From a virus, in IMG/VR virus record IMGVR_UViG_3300044970_001685: 64,000 nucleotides of DNA; one strand, given 5' to 3'. Shown here one piece after another: positions 1 to 10,092 of the stretch. Within the stretch, counting starts at the first letter, position 1; the number at the start of each line of letters is the position of its first letter. The notes under the pieces are model-generated. The model had not been told where the DNA came from, searched no databases, and was given only the letters and a program-made list of their open reading frames with translations. The position numbers and the translations under genes were made by a program.

Positions 1-357
1 CAACCATTCCCTGGATTCCCATCAACCATACTTGCTCCTGCGATACCTGCACCAATAAGACCACGATGGTCTCCTACTGTAGGACCAACAGGATATTTTG
101 GCGGTGGCGGCGGCGGAGCAAATTATTATACTACTACAGTTCGACCTTTAGGTGGTGTTGGTGGCGGCGGAGAAGGTGGTGGTGGTATAAATCGAGGTCC
201 AGTTGGTGAGTATGATAACGGAGATCCTGGTGTTAATTTCACCGGTGGTGGAGGAGGTGGTGCAAATTATGTTACTAGTACTACTAATCCACTCAACCCA
301 ACTCCTGGTGCTGGTGGAGATGGTGGACACGGTATTGTGATTGTCAGATATCAATAA
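1..357 (+). CDS. Glycine-rich tail-fibre tip/adhesin-like protein, C-terminal part (5' truncated)
   Basis: Frame 1 is open to TAA 355-357. It has GGGGG runs and ends HGIVIVRYQ, like the other Gly-rich paralogues here. Not in the ORF track. Confidence 0.85.
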   Translation, partial: QPFPGFPSTILAPAIPAPIRPRWSPTVGPTGYFGGGGGGANYYTTTVRPLGGVGGGGEGGGGINRGPVGEYDNGDPGVNFTGGGGGGANYVTSTTNPLNPTPGAGGDGGHGIVIVRYQ

Positions 358-393
358 ATTGGTGTATAATAAATGTAAGTAAAGTATTTTATT

Positions 394-1197
394 ATGATCT
401 TTGGTGGAAAAAAATATTATTTTCTTTCTGGATTACCTAGATCTGGAAATACTTTACTTGGATCTATTCTCAACCAAAATAAAAACATATGTGTAACTGC
501 TAATAGTCCAGTTGCAGATGTTTTTTATGAGATAGAAAATTTAAAAAACACTGATCCAAAATTTGTAAACTTTCCAGATACAAAATCAATAGATAATATA
601 AGTAAAAAAATATTCTGTAATTATTATCGTGACTGGAAGTTTAAGTATATTATCGATAGGTCTTGTTGGGGAACTCCTGATAATTTAGAACTACTCAAAA
701 AGTATTGTCCTAATGAAATAAAAGTAGTTGTATTAATTAGAGATTTAAACGAGATATTAGCATCTTTCCTTTATTGGTCTGAAAATAATAAAGGTAATTT
801 TTTAGAAGAATTCAATACAACTGAAAAAAAGTGTGAAGTTTTAATGGACAGCAACGGACAGATTATGAAATCTTTACACTCTTTATATAATTTAAATAAA
901 AGCGAAAATAAAAGACACGCACTTTTCGTAAAGTATGAAGATCTTGTTTCTGATACTGAAAATAAGATAAATCAAATTTATAAGTTTTTAGGAATAAAAA
1001 AATATCATCATCAACTAGAAAATATTTCTAATTTTAAATCTAATGAAATTGAATATAATGATATTGTTTTTGGACGTAATTTACACCGAGTAAAAAGTAA
1101 AATAAAAAAAACCGAATATAACTATCAAGATTATGTTCCAAAATCAATCATTGAAAAGTATAAAAATTATAACTCATTGTATCTTTCATTAAAATGA
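394..1197 (+). CDS. Sulfotransferase family protein
   Basis: N-terminal PAPS-binding loop GLPRSGNTLL; LIRD..EILAS 3'-PB-like motif; VKYEDLV. Confidence 0.85.
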   Translation: MIFGGKKYYFLSGLPRSGNTLLGSILNQNKNICVTANSPVADVFYEIENLKNTDPKFVNFPDTKSIDNISKKIFCNYYRDWKFKYIIDRSCWGTPDNLELLKKYCPNEIKVVVLIRDLNEILASFLYWSENNKGNFLEEFNTTEKKCEVLMDSNGQIMKSLHSLYNLNKSENKRHALFVKYEDLVSDTENKINQIYKFLGIKKYHHQLENISNFKSNEIEYNDIVFGRNLHRVKSKIKKTEYNYQDYVPKSIIEKYKNYNSLYLSLK

Positions 1198-1721
1198 ACT
1201 TTAACTATCAGTTTGTTGGAAAATTAAATTTCTTTCAGAGAATAAAAATAATCAGAAAGGTTAAAAAAATTTCAAAGTTAGAGTGGGGAGAATTTGATTT
1301 TAGACAAAAAACATTTGAAGCTCATAAGTTTACTCAAACTGTTCCTGTTATCTTTGATAAAAATTTTCAAAGTACAAAAACAAAATGGTATGATTTATTT
1401 CAAAAAGAACTAAAAGATATTGAAAATATCTGTGTGAGACACTATGGGCAAGGAAAAATTGTTCGTGTTATTTTGACAAAACTGTATTCGCAAAAATCAA
1501 TACCACCACATATAGATTCTGGTCATTTACTTGAAGGAATTCGAAGAATACATATTCCGTTAATATCAAATAAAAAAGTTTTATTTGTAGTTGATGATGA
1601 AGTTAAAAATATGAAAGTTGGTGAAATGTGGGAAATTAATAATACAAATAAAATACACTCTGTAAATAACAACAGTGATATTGATAGGGTGCATTTTATA
1701 GTTGATTTTATAAATACCTAA
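1194..1721 (+). CDS. Asp/Asn beta-hydroxylase-like 2OG-Fe(II) oxygenase
   Basis: IPPHID...RIHIPL...GEMWEINN...HSV.N....RVHFIVD. Confidence 0.85.
   Translation: MNFNYQFVGKLNFFQRIKIIRKVKKISKLEWGEFDFRQKTFEAHKFTQTVPVIFDKNFQSTKTKWYDLFQKELKDIENICVRHYGQGKIVRVILTKLYSQKSIPPHIDSGHLLEGIRRIHIPLISNKKVLFVVDDEVKNMKVGEMWEINNTNKIHSVNNNSDIDRVHFIVDFINT
1709..1716 (+). promoter_or_regulatory. T4-type late promoter TATAAATA (representative of many)
   Basis: Exact TATAAATA here and at 9433. ATAAATA/CTAAATA also at 2129, 2790, 4969, 7538, 9160, 12018, 12759, 16176, 22860, 30866, 39605, 42444 and 50071, each just upstream of a gene. Confidence 0.8.
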
Positions 1722-1730
1722 AAACCTCCA

Positions 1731-2132
1731 ATGGCATACATCGGAAGACCACAACAAACTGGTCCATACATTAAACTTGATGATATTTCAGATCAGTTTG
1801 ACGGAACTAAAACCACTTTTAATTTGACACTTGGTGGTCAACCATACTTTACATCAAATCCTTATACATTACTTTTATCACTTGATGGTGTCATTCAAGA
1901 ACCCGTCGTTTCTTATGTCATTAGTGAGAATCAAATCACCTTTGCTGCTGCTCCTACATCAACAGGAAGATTTTACTGTATTGTGTTTGGAACTACTCTA
2001 AACACCGCTGCACTAACAAGTCTGACAATAGGAACCAGAACAACTGCTGCAACACTACCATTAAATGGCGAACAACTTGGAGTTTTACAAAGAGATGGAA
2101 CCAAAGGATTCATTGCATTTAATGTGGCATAA
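1731..2132 (+). CDS. Small tail-fibre/baseplate-associated structural protein
   Basis: MAYIG..P start and a KLDDIS..FDG....F.L...LLSLDGVIQEP repeat shared with 5919..7541. Confidence 0.7.
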   Translation: MAYIGRPQQTGPYIKLDDISDQFDGTKTTFNLTLGGQPYFTSNPYTLLLSLDGVIQEPVVSYVISENQITFAAAPTSTGRFYCIVFGTTLNTAALTSLTIGTRTTAATLPLNGEQLGVLQRDGTKGFIAFNVA

Positions 2133-2157
2133 ATAATCAAAAGACTATTCAGATATA

Positions 2158-2793
2158 ATGGCGAATAGATATCCGCTGATTTATAACTCCAATGCGAATC
2201 AACTTCAAGAACTCCAAGCAGGAGATAATCTTGATTTAGGTGGTTCGGGGATTAGTAGCGTAGGTAATATTAGTAATGTAGGTAATATAAACTCAACGGG
2301 TATTATCACTGCAACTTCTTTCAGTGGGACTTTTAGTGGCACTTCAACACTTGCATCGGGACTAACTGGTTCTCCAAGTATTGTTGTAAATAATCTTTAT
2401 ACATCTGGCATAAGCACTTTCACCCAAAACATAAATCTTCGTGATAATGTTAAGGCAAACTTTGGTGATGGTGATGATCTCAGAATCTATCACGATGGAA
2501 CAAACAGTTATGTAGAAGATACGGGAACTGGAAACTTATATCTTTCTGGTTCAACTGATGTCATCATTCAGCATCACAGCACTGGTGAAACGATGGCAAA
2601 GTTCACTGGCAATGGTGCCTCTGAACTTTATTATGATAATAGTAAAAAGTTTGAAACCGTTAGTGCTGGTGCTACGGTCACTGGAACTTTATATGCTACA
2701 AATTTTGTTGGTAATGGTTCACAACTAACTGGTATTGCTGCTGGTGGTGGTGAAGGTTCTTACAATGAACTTGATGGTATGCTTTTTGGATAA
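2158..2793 (+). CDS. Tail-fibre segment protein
   Basis: GIITATSF and FGDGDDLRIYHDG fibre repeats; MANR.PL N-terminus shared with 12786. Confidence 0.7.
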   Translation: MANRYPLIYNSNANQLQELQAGDNLDLGGSGISSVGNISNVGNINSTGIITATSFSGTFSGTSTLASGLTGSPSIVVNNLYTSGISTFTQNINLRDNVKANFGDGDDLRIYHDGTNSYVEDTGTGNLYLSGSTDVIIQHHSTGETMAKFTGNGASELYYDNSKKFETVSAGATVTGTLYATNFVGNGSQLTGIAAGGGEGSYNELDGMLFG

Positions 2794-2816
2794 ATAACTT
2801 AAAAAAGAACAATACG

Positions 2817-3224
2817 ATGTCACTCAAAAGAACTAAACTACTGGGAATACAATCAGTCACTGGTATTGCAACAGTAGGTATTTTGACAGTTGGAACAACT
2901 CAAACTGCTGGTGGAGTTGGAATTGCATCAACCACTTATGTTCGTGGTGTGATAATGCACAATACTGGATTTGCAACTTGCACTTCATCTCTTTATGTGT
3001 ATCCAAGTAGTGTCGCTTCTCCTGTGACAGGTGTTGGACAAACTGCTTATCGTTTAGCAAGAGTAGACTTATCGCAGAATGAAACTTTTTTCTTTGAAAT
3101 GAATTATCCTTTGGTTCTTACAAATCAAGAAAAGATCGTTGTGGAAGTTATACCACCAGGGTCGGGAGGAGCAGGTATTGGTAGTGTCGTGAACTATCAA
3201 ATTCTTGGTGATACTGATATCTGA
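2817..3224 (+). CDS. Small beta-rich structural/adaptor protein
   Basis: Late promoter upstream; precedes a Gly-rich gene, as 39636..40007 does. Confidence 0.6.
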   Translation: MSLKRTKLLGIQSVTGIATVGILTVGTTQTAGGVGIASTTYVRGVIMHNTGFATCTSSLYVYPSSVASPVTGVGQTAYRLARVDLSQNETFFFEMNYPLVLTNQEKIVVEVIPPGSGGAGIGSVVNYQILGDTDI

Positions 3225-3239
3225 TAAGAGGTAAATAGA

Positions 3240-4370
3240 ATGGGTGCAAAAAGTTCAGACAAAGGACCTAAAGGTGTTGGTAATAATAAAAGGTTAGATC
3301 AACATCTTGTTGAATATTTCAGTACAAAAAGAACGAGTGGAATATCGACAAATTATGTTCCTCCATTACCAAGTATAAATGCTACTGGAGGAACAATTAC
3401 CACTTGGAATGATTACACAATACATTCTTTTCCTGGTGGATCACTTGATAGTTCAAATCCATACACGTTTACTATTCCTGCAAATGCAACACCAATAATA
3501 CCGTCAACTAATTTTGACATTATTCTAGTCGCTGGTGGTGGTACTGGTGGAGATGATCAACCGGGTTCATATGGAGGAGGTGGTGGTGGAGCTGGTGGAG
3601 TAAGATTTATTCCACAAATATCATTACCTGTTGGGTCATATCCAATTGGTGTTGGTGGCGGTGCTGCAGCTGCTGCGGACGGCGCACAGGGACAACCAAC
3701 AGTTTTTAATGCCCCAAACGGTAATGGTGTTCCATCAATTACAGTTCATGGTGGAGGATATGGTGGAGCAGGTGGAGGAGGTGGTGGTGGAAACGGCGGT
3801 TGTGGTGGAGGAAAAGATTATCCCGGTCCAACAGCTCAATTTGGTGCAGGAAATAATGGAGCAGGAAATAGTCCAGAACCAAGAGCAAGTGGACCAACAT
3901 CACCCATTGGCGATACTAGATTCCAAGGAAGTCCTGGAAACGCAACTGCCTCTGATACATCTTACTCTGGTGGTGGCGGTGGTGGAGCAAGATATAGTCC
4001 ACCAACATATTACTCTTCACCAATACCAGGACCTGGTATCACTGTTCCTGCTCCCGCAGCTTCTTTTAGAGCGCAAGGTGGTGATGGAATTGATTTTAGT
4101 CCTATAATTGGACCAAGAGCAACTAATGGATTTGGTGATAGTAATTATCCAACAGAAGCTTGGTTTGGTGGTGGAGGTCATGGAGGTCAATACCCAGGAG
4201 GAACTGGTGCTCCTGGCACGGGAGGAAAAGGTGGTGGAGGTGGAGCTCCTCAACCATCAAAAAATGGACAACCAAATACTGGTGGAGGTGGAGCAGTTTA
4301 TCAGGGAAATGGTGGTCCAGGAATTGTATTAATCAGATACAAAAATACTGGAGGATCTACTGGATCTTAA
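3240..4370 (+). CDS. Glycine-rich tail-fibre tip/adhesin-like protein
   Basis: ATGG...YTIHSF, LVAGGG, poly-Gly runs, GPGIVLIRY near the C-terminus. Confidence 0.75.
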   Translation: MGAKSSDKGPKGVGNNKRLDQHLVEYFSTKRTSGISTNYVPPLPSINATGGTITTWNDYTIHSFPGGSLDSSNPYTFTIPANATPIIPSTNFDIILVAGGGTGGDDQPGSYGGGGGGAGGVRFIPQISLPVGSYPIGVGGGAAAAADGAQGQPTVFNAPNGNGVPSITVHGGGYGGAGGGGGGGNGGCGGGKDYPGPTAQFGAGNNGAGNSPEPRASGPTSPIGDTRFQGSPGNATASDTSYSGGGGGGARYSPPTYYSSPIPGPGITVPAPAASFRAQGGDGIDFSPIIGPRATNGFGDSNYPTEAWFGGGGHGGQYPGGTGAPGTGGKGGGGGAPQPSKNGQPNTGGGGAVYQGNGGPGIVLIRYKNTGGSTGS

Positions 4371-4396
4371 ATATAAAACTTTTGCTTTAAAATATC

Positions 4397-4972
4397 ATGA
4401 GAGAATTTTTTGTGCTGGATAATTTTTTTGAAGATCCAGATGAGGTTAGAAAAAGAGCTTTAAATTATTTTAGATTTTATAATTCAACAGATCATCCAGA
4501 TCCTCAACATCTATTGCAGTTTCCTGGATTGAGAACCAATTATATTAATCTTCAAGATACTGAATTATCTAAAATGATTATTGAAAAACAAGCGGCAATA
4601 ACAAACTTTATTACAAATAATTGCGTAGATTGGTCGCATGAAGACAATAGAGTGTGGAATACTTTTTCACTTACTTTTAAAAATATAAACAAGCAGTTAC
4701 CTCAATGGCATCAAGATTTTATTGGAGAAAATGATAATAAGTGTGAGTATTATTATGCTGGTGTTGTTTATTTAAATAAAAATGTAAGAAAAGGGAGAGG
4801 AACAAAAATAAAACTTTCTTCTGGTGAAATTGTAAATATTGAGAATAAGTATAATCGTTTTGTAATATACAATTCAAAACTTCCACATACGATTGCAAAA
4901 TCTTTTGGATGGAATAAAGATAATGGTAGACTTGTAATGTCTCAATTTTTTTCTTTCAATCTAAAAAAATAA
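4397..4972 (+). CDS. 2OG-Fe(II) oxygenase (DUF6445-like)
   Basis: LDNFF..PD.VR; PG.RT; HQD; AGVVYL; NRFVIY...H; distal R. Confidence 0.75.
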   Translation: MREFFVLDNFFEDPDEVRKRALNYFRFYNSTDHPDPQHLLQFPGLRTNYINLQDTELSKMIIEKQAAITNFITNNCVDWSHEDNRVWNTFSLTFKNINKQLPQWHQDFIGENDNKCEYYYAGVVYLNKNVRKGRGTKIKLSSGEIVNIENKYNRFVIYNSKLPHTIAKSFGWNKDNGRLVMSQFFSFNLKK

Positions 4973-4996
4973 ATAGATAAAACAAGAAGGGCAACG

Positions 4997-5383
4997 ATGT
5001 TTAATTTTGCGAGAGTTAATTCCAATAACAAAGTTGTAGATGTTGTCTTTGTATTTGATGATATTGTAACAGATGATGATGGCAATTTATATGAACATTG
5101 GGCATACACTTACTTGTATGAAAAATATCCAGATTCAAAAAAAGATTATTGGGTAATGATTGATAATAAAAAAAATTGGGGATACATAGGTAATACCTTT
5201 GATAAGTTTAAAGATGGATTTATTTCTGAAAAACCATATCCATCGTGGACATTGGATGAAAACACTTTGAAGTGGACTCCACCTGTACCAGAACCAATTT
5301 TAACTGATGAAGAAAAAGAAGTTTCAACTAATTTAAACTGGAATGAAGAACTTCAAGTATGGGAAAAATATACCTTAATATGA
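4997..5383 (+). CDS. Tail-fibre-associated small protein
   Basis: FARV...N.VV.V and KPYPSW.LDE....W.PPVP; paralogue of 5429..5851. Confidence 0.65.
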   Translation: MFNFARVNSNNKVVDVVFVFDDIVTDDDGNLYEHWAYTYLYEKYPDSKKDYWVMIDNKKNWGYIGNTFDKFKDGFISEKPYPSWTLDENTLKWTPPVPEPILTDEEKEVSTNLNWNEELQVWEKYTLI

Positions 5384-5428
5384 TATAATAAATATTTTAA
5401 AATAACATCAATTAATATAAAGAAAACA

Positions 5429-5851
5429 ATGGCACACTTTGCACAACTAGATGAAAACAACGTGGTAACTCAGGTCATTGTAGTTGCCAATGAAGATACT
5501 TCGGATGTAAACGGAAACGAAGTAGAAGAAATCGGTGTAGCATTCTGTAAGAAACTTCTGGGTGCTGATACCAACTGGAAGCAGACTTCATACAACAATA
5601 CTTTCCGTGTGAGATATGCAGGTATCGGTTACTCCTACAATGCAGAACTGGATGCTTTCATTGCACCAAAGACCTTTGAGTCTTGGGTTCTCAACACAGA
5701 AACCGCTGACTGGGAATCGCCAGTTGGTCCTGCTCCTGCATTGACCGAAGCAGAGATTGAAGCACGTTCATTCTATCGCTGGGACGAAGAAGCAGGTGCT
5801 TGGGAACTCTTTACTCCCGAACCACCAGCAGAAGAAACACCTGCCGAATGA
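5429..5851 (+). CDS. Tail-fibre-associated small protein
   Basis: MAHFAQLDENNVVTQVIVV...WKQTSYN..FR..YAGIG...DAFI.P..F.SW. Confidence 0.7.
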   Translation: MAHFAQLDENNVVTQVIVVANEDTSDVNGNEVEEIGVAFCKKLLGADTNWKQTSYNNTFRVRYAGIGYSYNAELDAFIAPKTFESWVLNTETADWESPVGPAPALTEAEIEARSFYRWDEEAGAWELFTPEPPAEETPAE

Positions 5852-5856
5852 TACGC

Positions 5857-5880
5857 AAGGAGGGGCAACCCTCTTTTTTT
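5857..5880 (+). terminator. Intrinsic terminator
   Basis: AAGGAGGG-GCAA-CCCTCTTT hairpin plus T-tract after the stop at 5851. Confidence 0.85.
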
Positions 5881-5918
5881 ATAACTAAATAATAGCAACG
5901 CAGATCATCTATAAATCA

Positions 5919-7541
5919 ATGCCCCTTATCGGCAATCCTTATGTCGTTGGAGATACGACAGGAAACTTTAAGAAACTTGATAATCTTTCGTCATACACTT
6001 TGACGTTTGATCCGTCAGTTAAAGTATCTCTCACAAACGACACAATCACTGAAATAGATCATAGGTTCGTTACAGGACAGAGAGTCACCTATACGCACGG
6101 CGGTGGAAGTGCAATCGGTGGTCTGACTTCTGGAAGTGCTTATTATATTGTAAAAGAAGATGTAAATACGGTTAAACTTGCTTCAACATATGCAGATGCG
6201 CTTGCAAGCAATACAATCAATCTGACTTCTGTTGGATCGGGAACTGCTCATACACTAAATCTTGCTTTTGATGGGATTAACACAAGATTTAGAGCGACTT
6301 ATAATAATGGAACAGGAGCAAGAATCACAAATGCTTCTCAACTGACCATTTCAATCAATGGTGTTCTACAACAACCATTTGAGACTGCAACACCTTCAGA
6401 AGGTTATGGTATTGAGCATCCTGGTGTTATTGTTTTTTCAGTTGCTCCTGGTAGTGGCGATGTCTTCTGGGGAAACATTATTGCCAATAATTTCCCAACT
6501 TATGATATTAGTGATAATAAGGTTGATACTTTCACCGCAAATGGTGTAGATACTGATTTTACACTCTCCCAAGTAGCACCAAATAATGAAAGCGTTCTTG
6601 TAACGATTGATGGTGTTACACAATATCCAAGTGATAATGATACTGCAAGATCATATTCAATCTATGGTAGTGTTCTAAGTTTTACTGAGGCACCATCTCC
6701 TGGGGCATATATTCAGGCAAGACACATTGGTTTTGCTGGTGCCACAAGTAGTGCAGTCACTGGATTTAATGGAAGAACTGGTAATGTTGGACTAAGAACT
6801 GGTGATCCATTAGTCGGTGTTGGTATTCAATCTGGTGGACTCGTAGTTGGAACTGGTGTTACCATTCTAAACTTTGTAGGAACTGGAAATACTTTTGCCG
6901 TTGTCGGTGATCGTGTCGACATCAGCATTCAAGGTGGTGGAGGTAGTGGTTCACTTGTTGCCAAACAATCATTTACGATCACATCTACTCAGTCAGTTTT
7001 CACATTAACTGAGGAATATGATGCTGGAATGGTTGATGTTTATGTGAATGGTGTACGTCTACCTTCTGGTGATTTTACAGAAACTATTCCAAATATAGTC
7101 ACACTTGGAACAGCAGCAGAGGCAGGGGACATAGTTGAATTTATTTCATATAGTCAAAGAATTGAGAACACAGTTTTACAGTCAACACTTACAAATCTTC
7201 GTGTAACTGGCATTAGTTCTGTTGGCACTGGTATTACAATGACTGCTTCTTCTGGAAGCATAAGCGCAACAACATATTATGGTGATGGATCAAATCTAAC
7301 AAATCTAAAAGCGGGTGTAGGGACAAATGTTTCTACTGTAGATGGATTTACTTATATTGATCAAAGTGGAAAATTAATCACATCAAATATAGTATTTGAT
7401 ACAACAAACTCTGGAACTTCTGACTCTTATGTTCTATTGAAAGATCAAAAAATGACTATAAACACTGGTGTTGGAGTTACTATTGGTGATGGAAAACTTT
7501 TAATAATCAATGCTTTTGACTTACCAAATCCACTCACATAA
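5919..7541 (+). CDS. Tail-fibre/baseplate-wedge-like structural protein
   Basis: Repeated (I/V)(N/D)GV.Q.P beta-domains and fibre motifs. Confidence 0.7.
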   Translation: MPLIGNPYVVGDTTGNFKKLDNLSSYTLTFDPSVKVSLTNDTITEIDHRFVTGQRVTYTHGGGSAIGGLTSGSAYYIVKEDVNTVKLASTYADALASNTINLTSVGSGTAHTLNLAFDGINTRFRATYNNGTGARITNASQLTISINGVLQQPFETATPSEGYGIEHPGVIVFSVAPGSGDVFWGNIIANNFPTYDISDNKVDTFTANGVDTDFTLSQVAPNNESVLVTIDGVTQYPSDNDTARSYSIYGSVLSFTEAPSPGAYIQARHIGFAGATSSAVTGFNGRTGNVGLRTGDPLVGVGIQSGGLVVGTGVTILNFVGTGNTFAVVGDRVDISIQGGGGSGSLVAKQSFTITSTQSVFTLTEEYDAGMVDVYVNGVRLPSGDFTETIPNIVTLGTAAEAGDIVEFISYSQRIENTVLQSTLTNLRVTGISSVGTGITMTASSGSISATTYYGDGSNLTNLKAGVGTNVSTVDGFTYIDQSGKLITSNIVFDTTNSGTSDSYVLLKDQKMTINTGVGVTIGDGKLLIINAFDLPNPLT

Positions 7542-7564
7542 ATAACTAAAAAAGAAGCGTAAAG

Positions 7565-8227
7565 ATGTCGCAGTTAAATGTTGATACTATAAAAAATAAA
7601 GCAGGTACTGGCGGACCTACTTTACAAGCATTGACAGTAACAACTGATGCAACGGTTACTGGTGTTGTAACTGCTTCTAGTTTTGTTGGACCAGTAACTG
7701 GAAATGTAACTGGAAATATTAACTCTTCAGGTGTTTCTACGCTAACAACTCTAAACGGAACATCAGGTCTTGTAAGTCTTGGATCAACAATCAAGACCAA
7801 AGGATTTGTAGAAACTCAAACTTCTGCAACGACGACATCAAATGTTCTTTCCCTCGATGCATCAAACGGGACAGTATTTACTCATACGACAACTTCACAG
7901 ATTGGTATTGTTTCATTCAGAGGTATAAGAACAGAAACAGCAGGAACTCAAACATTCTCAGTTCTTGTAACACAAGGTGCATCACCAACCAATACAACAG
8001 GTGCGACAGGAATTGGAACTCAACTTGCAACTGTTGTAACAACTGGTGGAGTTGGATATAGCACTCATATTAAGGTTGGTGCAGGATCTTCAATTGTACT
8101 CACAGGAACTGCGGGTGCTCTGGATCTTCTGACCTTCATTGTTTCTTATGATGGAACCACACCTTCTAACAGTGCATTTAGAGTTGTAGGGTTTGCTGCA
8201 ACTGATTTCAGAAACGCTATTGTTTGA
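7565..8227 (+). CDS. Fibre adaptor protein
   Basis: MSQLNVDTIKNKAGTGGP N-terminus; C-domain resembles 12786. Confidence 0.65.
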   Translation: MSQLNVDTIKNKAGTGGPTLQALTVTTDATVTGVVTASSFVGPVTGNVTGNINSSGVSTLTTLNGTSGLVSLGSTIKTKGFVETQTSATTTSNVLSLDASNGTVFTHTTTSQIGIVSFRGIRTETAGTQTFSVLVTQGASPTNTTGATGIGTQLATVVTTGGVGYSTHIKVGAGSSIVLTGTAGALDLLTFIVSYDGTTPSNSAFRVVGFAATDFRNAIV

Positions 8228-8239
8228 TTGGTATAAGTT

Positions 8240-9163
8240 ATGGCACCGTTAACGACTGGGGCGATTAAAGCGATTATTCAAGAGATTTCGCAACAAAGAG
8301 CAGGAAGAGGGCGTTATGCTTCTGCCGGCGGTGGCAGACAGGCTTTAACAGCAACTGGTGGATCTAAAACAACATCTGGTTTGTATACTATTCATACATT
8401 CACTTCATCTCAAGATTTTGTTGTTAGTTCTGGATTAGATACAATAGAATATTTAGTTATTGCTGGTGGTGGTGGAGGAGGAGGATATGGTGGGGGATTA
8501 TTTGGTGGTGGAGGAGGTGCCGGTGGATATAGAACTAATGTTCTAGGACAAACATCTGGAGGAAATTCTCCTGCTGAACCAATATCTACCAACATTGCTC
8601 CAGGAACATATCCAGTTATAGTTGGTGGTGGAGGAGCATCAGAAACGAGAGGGAGTCAATCTCATTTTGGTTCGGGAACTTCATTTCCAATACTTACAAC
8701 TGGTGGGGGGTGTGGTCTTAGAGGTTCTACAAACCCTGAATTTTCTGGTGGTTCTGGTGGTGGTGGACTTTGGCCTGGAGGATCTGGAGGACCAGGAACA
8801 CCAGGACAAGGATTTCCTGGTGGAACAACCGCAACTGGTCCCGGAGATCCAACACTTAATTTTGCGGGTGGTGGTGGATCCGGTGGAGCAGGAGAAAATG
8901 GTTCTTCTGGTATAAGTGGAGTAGGTGGTGCAGGTCTTGATTCAAATATTACCGGTTCAACAGTAAGAAGAGCAAGTGGTGGTAGTGGTGGAACATACAA
9001 TCAGAGTTTAGCACAACAAACTCCAGGAGGAGGTGGTAGAGGTGGAAGATATAGCCCTGGTGTATCGGAAACTAATGGAACTGCAAACACAGGAGGAGGT
9101 GGTGGTGGTGGAGTAACCAGTGGAGGTTCTGGATTTGTTGTTATTCGTTATCTTACAACATAA
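8240..9163 (+). CDS. Glycine-rich tip/adhesin-like protein
   Basis: MAP start, ATGG...YTIHTF, YLVIAGGGGG, GGSGFVVIRY end. Confidence 0.75.
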   Translation: MAPLTTGAIKAIIQEISQQRAGRGRYASAGGGRQALTATGGSKTTSGLYTIHTFTSSQDFVVSSGLDTIEYLVIAGGGGGGGYGGGLFGGGGGAGGYRTNVLGQTSGGNSPAEPISTNIAPGTYPVIVGGGGASETRGSQSHFGSGTSFPILTTGGGCGLRGSTNPEFSGGSGGGGLWPGGSGGPGTPGQGFPGGTTATGPGDPTLNFAGGGGSGGAGENGSSGISGVGGAGLDSNITGSTVRRASGGSGGTYNQSLAQQTPGGGGRGGRYSPGVSETNGTANTGGGGGGGVTSGGSGFVVIRYLTT

Positions 9164-9180
9164 ATATCTAAAAACCTTCA

Positions 9181-9429
9181 ATGTCAAAGGCAAGAGATAT
9201 ATCAAAATTTGGTGATGAGCGTGGAGTTGGATCTCCTATACAAACAGGAGACCCAGGATCAATCTTTGCATCAGTTAGCACTGCTGCAACAGTCACTTCA
9301 AATACGGATCTATCTTCTGGTGGTCCTTTTATTGTCGCACAAGAAAAAGATCTTCACGTTGAGACTGGTATAAATTTAACTGTTGGAGATGGTAAAACAT
9401 TAGTAGTCAATTCTTTACAATTACCTTAA
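9181..9429 (+). CDS. Small structural linker protein
   Basis: MSKARD start; C-terminus LTVGDGKTLVVNSLQLP matches the C-terminus of 5919. Confidence 0.65.
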   Translation: MSKARDISKFGDERGVGSPIQTGDPGSIFASVSTAATVTSNTDLSSGGPFIVAQEKDLHVETGINLTVGDGKTLVVNSLQLP

Positions 9430-9459
9430 CTCTATAAATACCTAAAAAGATAAAGTGCA

Positions 9460-10089
9460 ATGTCCAATATAAATGTTGACACTATTAAGAATAGATCTGG
9501 GGCAGGAGCACCCAGTTTTCCTAATGGTTTAACCGTAACTGGTGTTGCGACTGCGACGACTTTTAGTGGTAATCTTACAGGAAATGCAACTGGACTCACT
9601 GGTTCTCCAAGCATTTCAGTTTCTGGTGTCAACAATACTGGTATTTCAACTTTAACTGACACAAGACTTTCATCTATTGCAGATAAAACAACTCTTGTAT
9701 CTGGTAACTCTGTAAGTCTTGTTTATAATACTGGTGGTGGTAATGTTGCGATCTGTACAAATCCAACAGGACCCATCACACTGAATGTAACTGGTATTCC
9801 AACTGATAGTTCTTTTGATAATCGTGCAATCTCATTTGCAGTAATCGTTCAGCAAGGTGCAACTGCTTATGGTTGTACGAGCGTTACATTAAACGGTGTT
9901 GCGTTTGGTGCAAATGCTGCTGCTGGTGTTCAGACTGCAATCTCTTATGTGTCTGGAACAGTCGCAACTGGAAGCACCACTGGTTATGATGTCTTTAACT
10001 TTACTGGCATTAATACAGTTGGTTCTGCGGCATCAACACTTAACTACAAACTACTCTCAAACGTAAGCGGCGGATATAGAAGGTACTGA
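9460..10089 (+). CDS. Fibre adaptor protein
   Basis: MSNINVDTIKNRSGAGAP; C-domain homologous to 16212. Confidence 0.65.
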   Translation: MSNINVDTIKNRSGAGAPSFPNGLTVTGVATATTFSGNLTGNATGLTGSPSISVSGVNNTGISTLTDTRLSSIADKTTLVSGNSVSLVYNTGGGNVAICTNPTGPITLNVTGIPTDSSFDNRAISFAVIVQQGATAYGCTSVTLNGVAFGANAAAGVQTAISYVSGTVATGSTTGYDVFNFTGINTVGSAASTLNYKLLSNVSGGYRRY

Positions 10090-10092
10090 TTT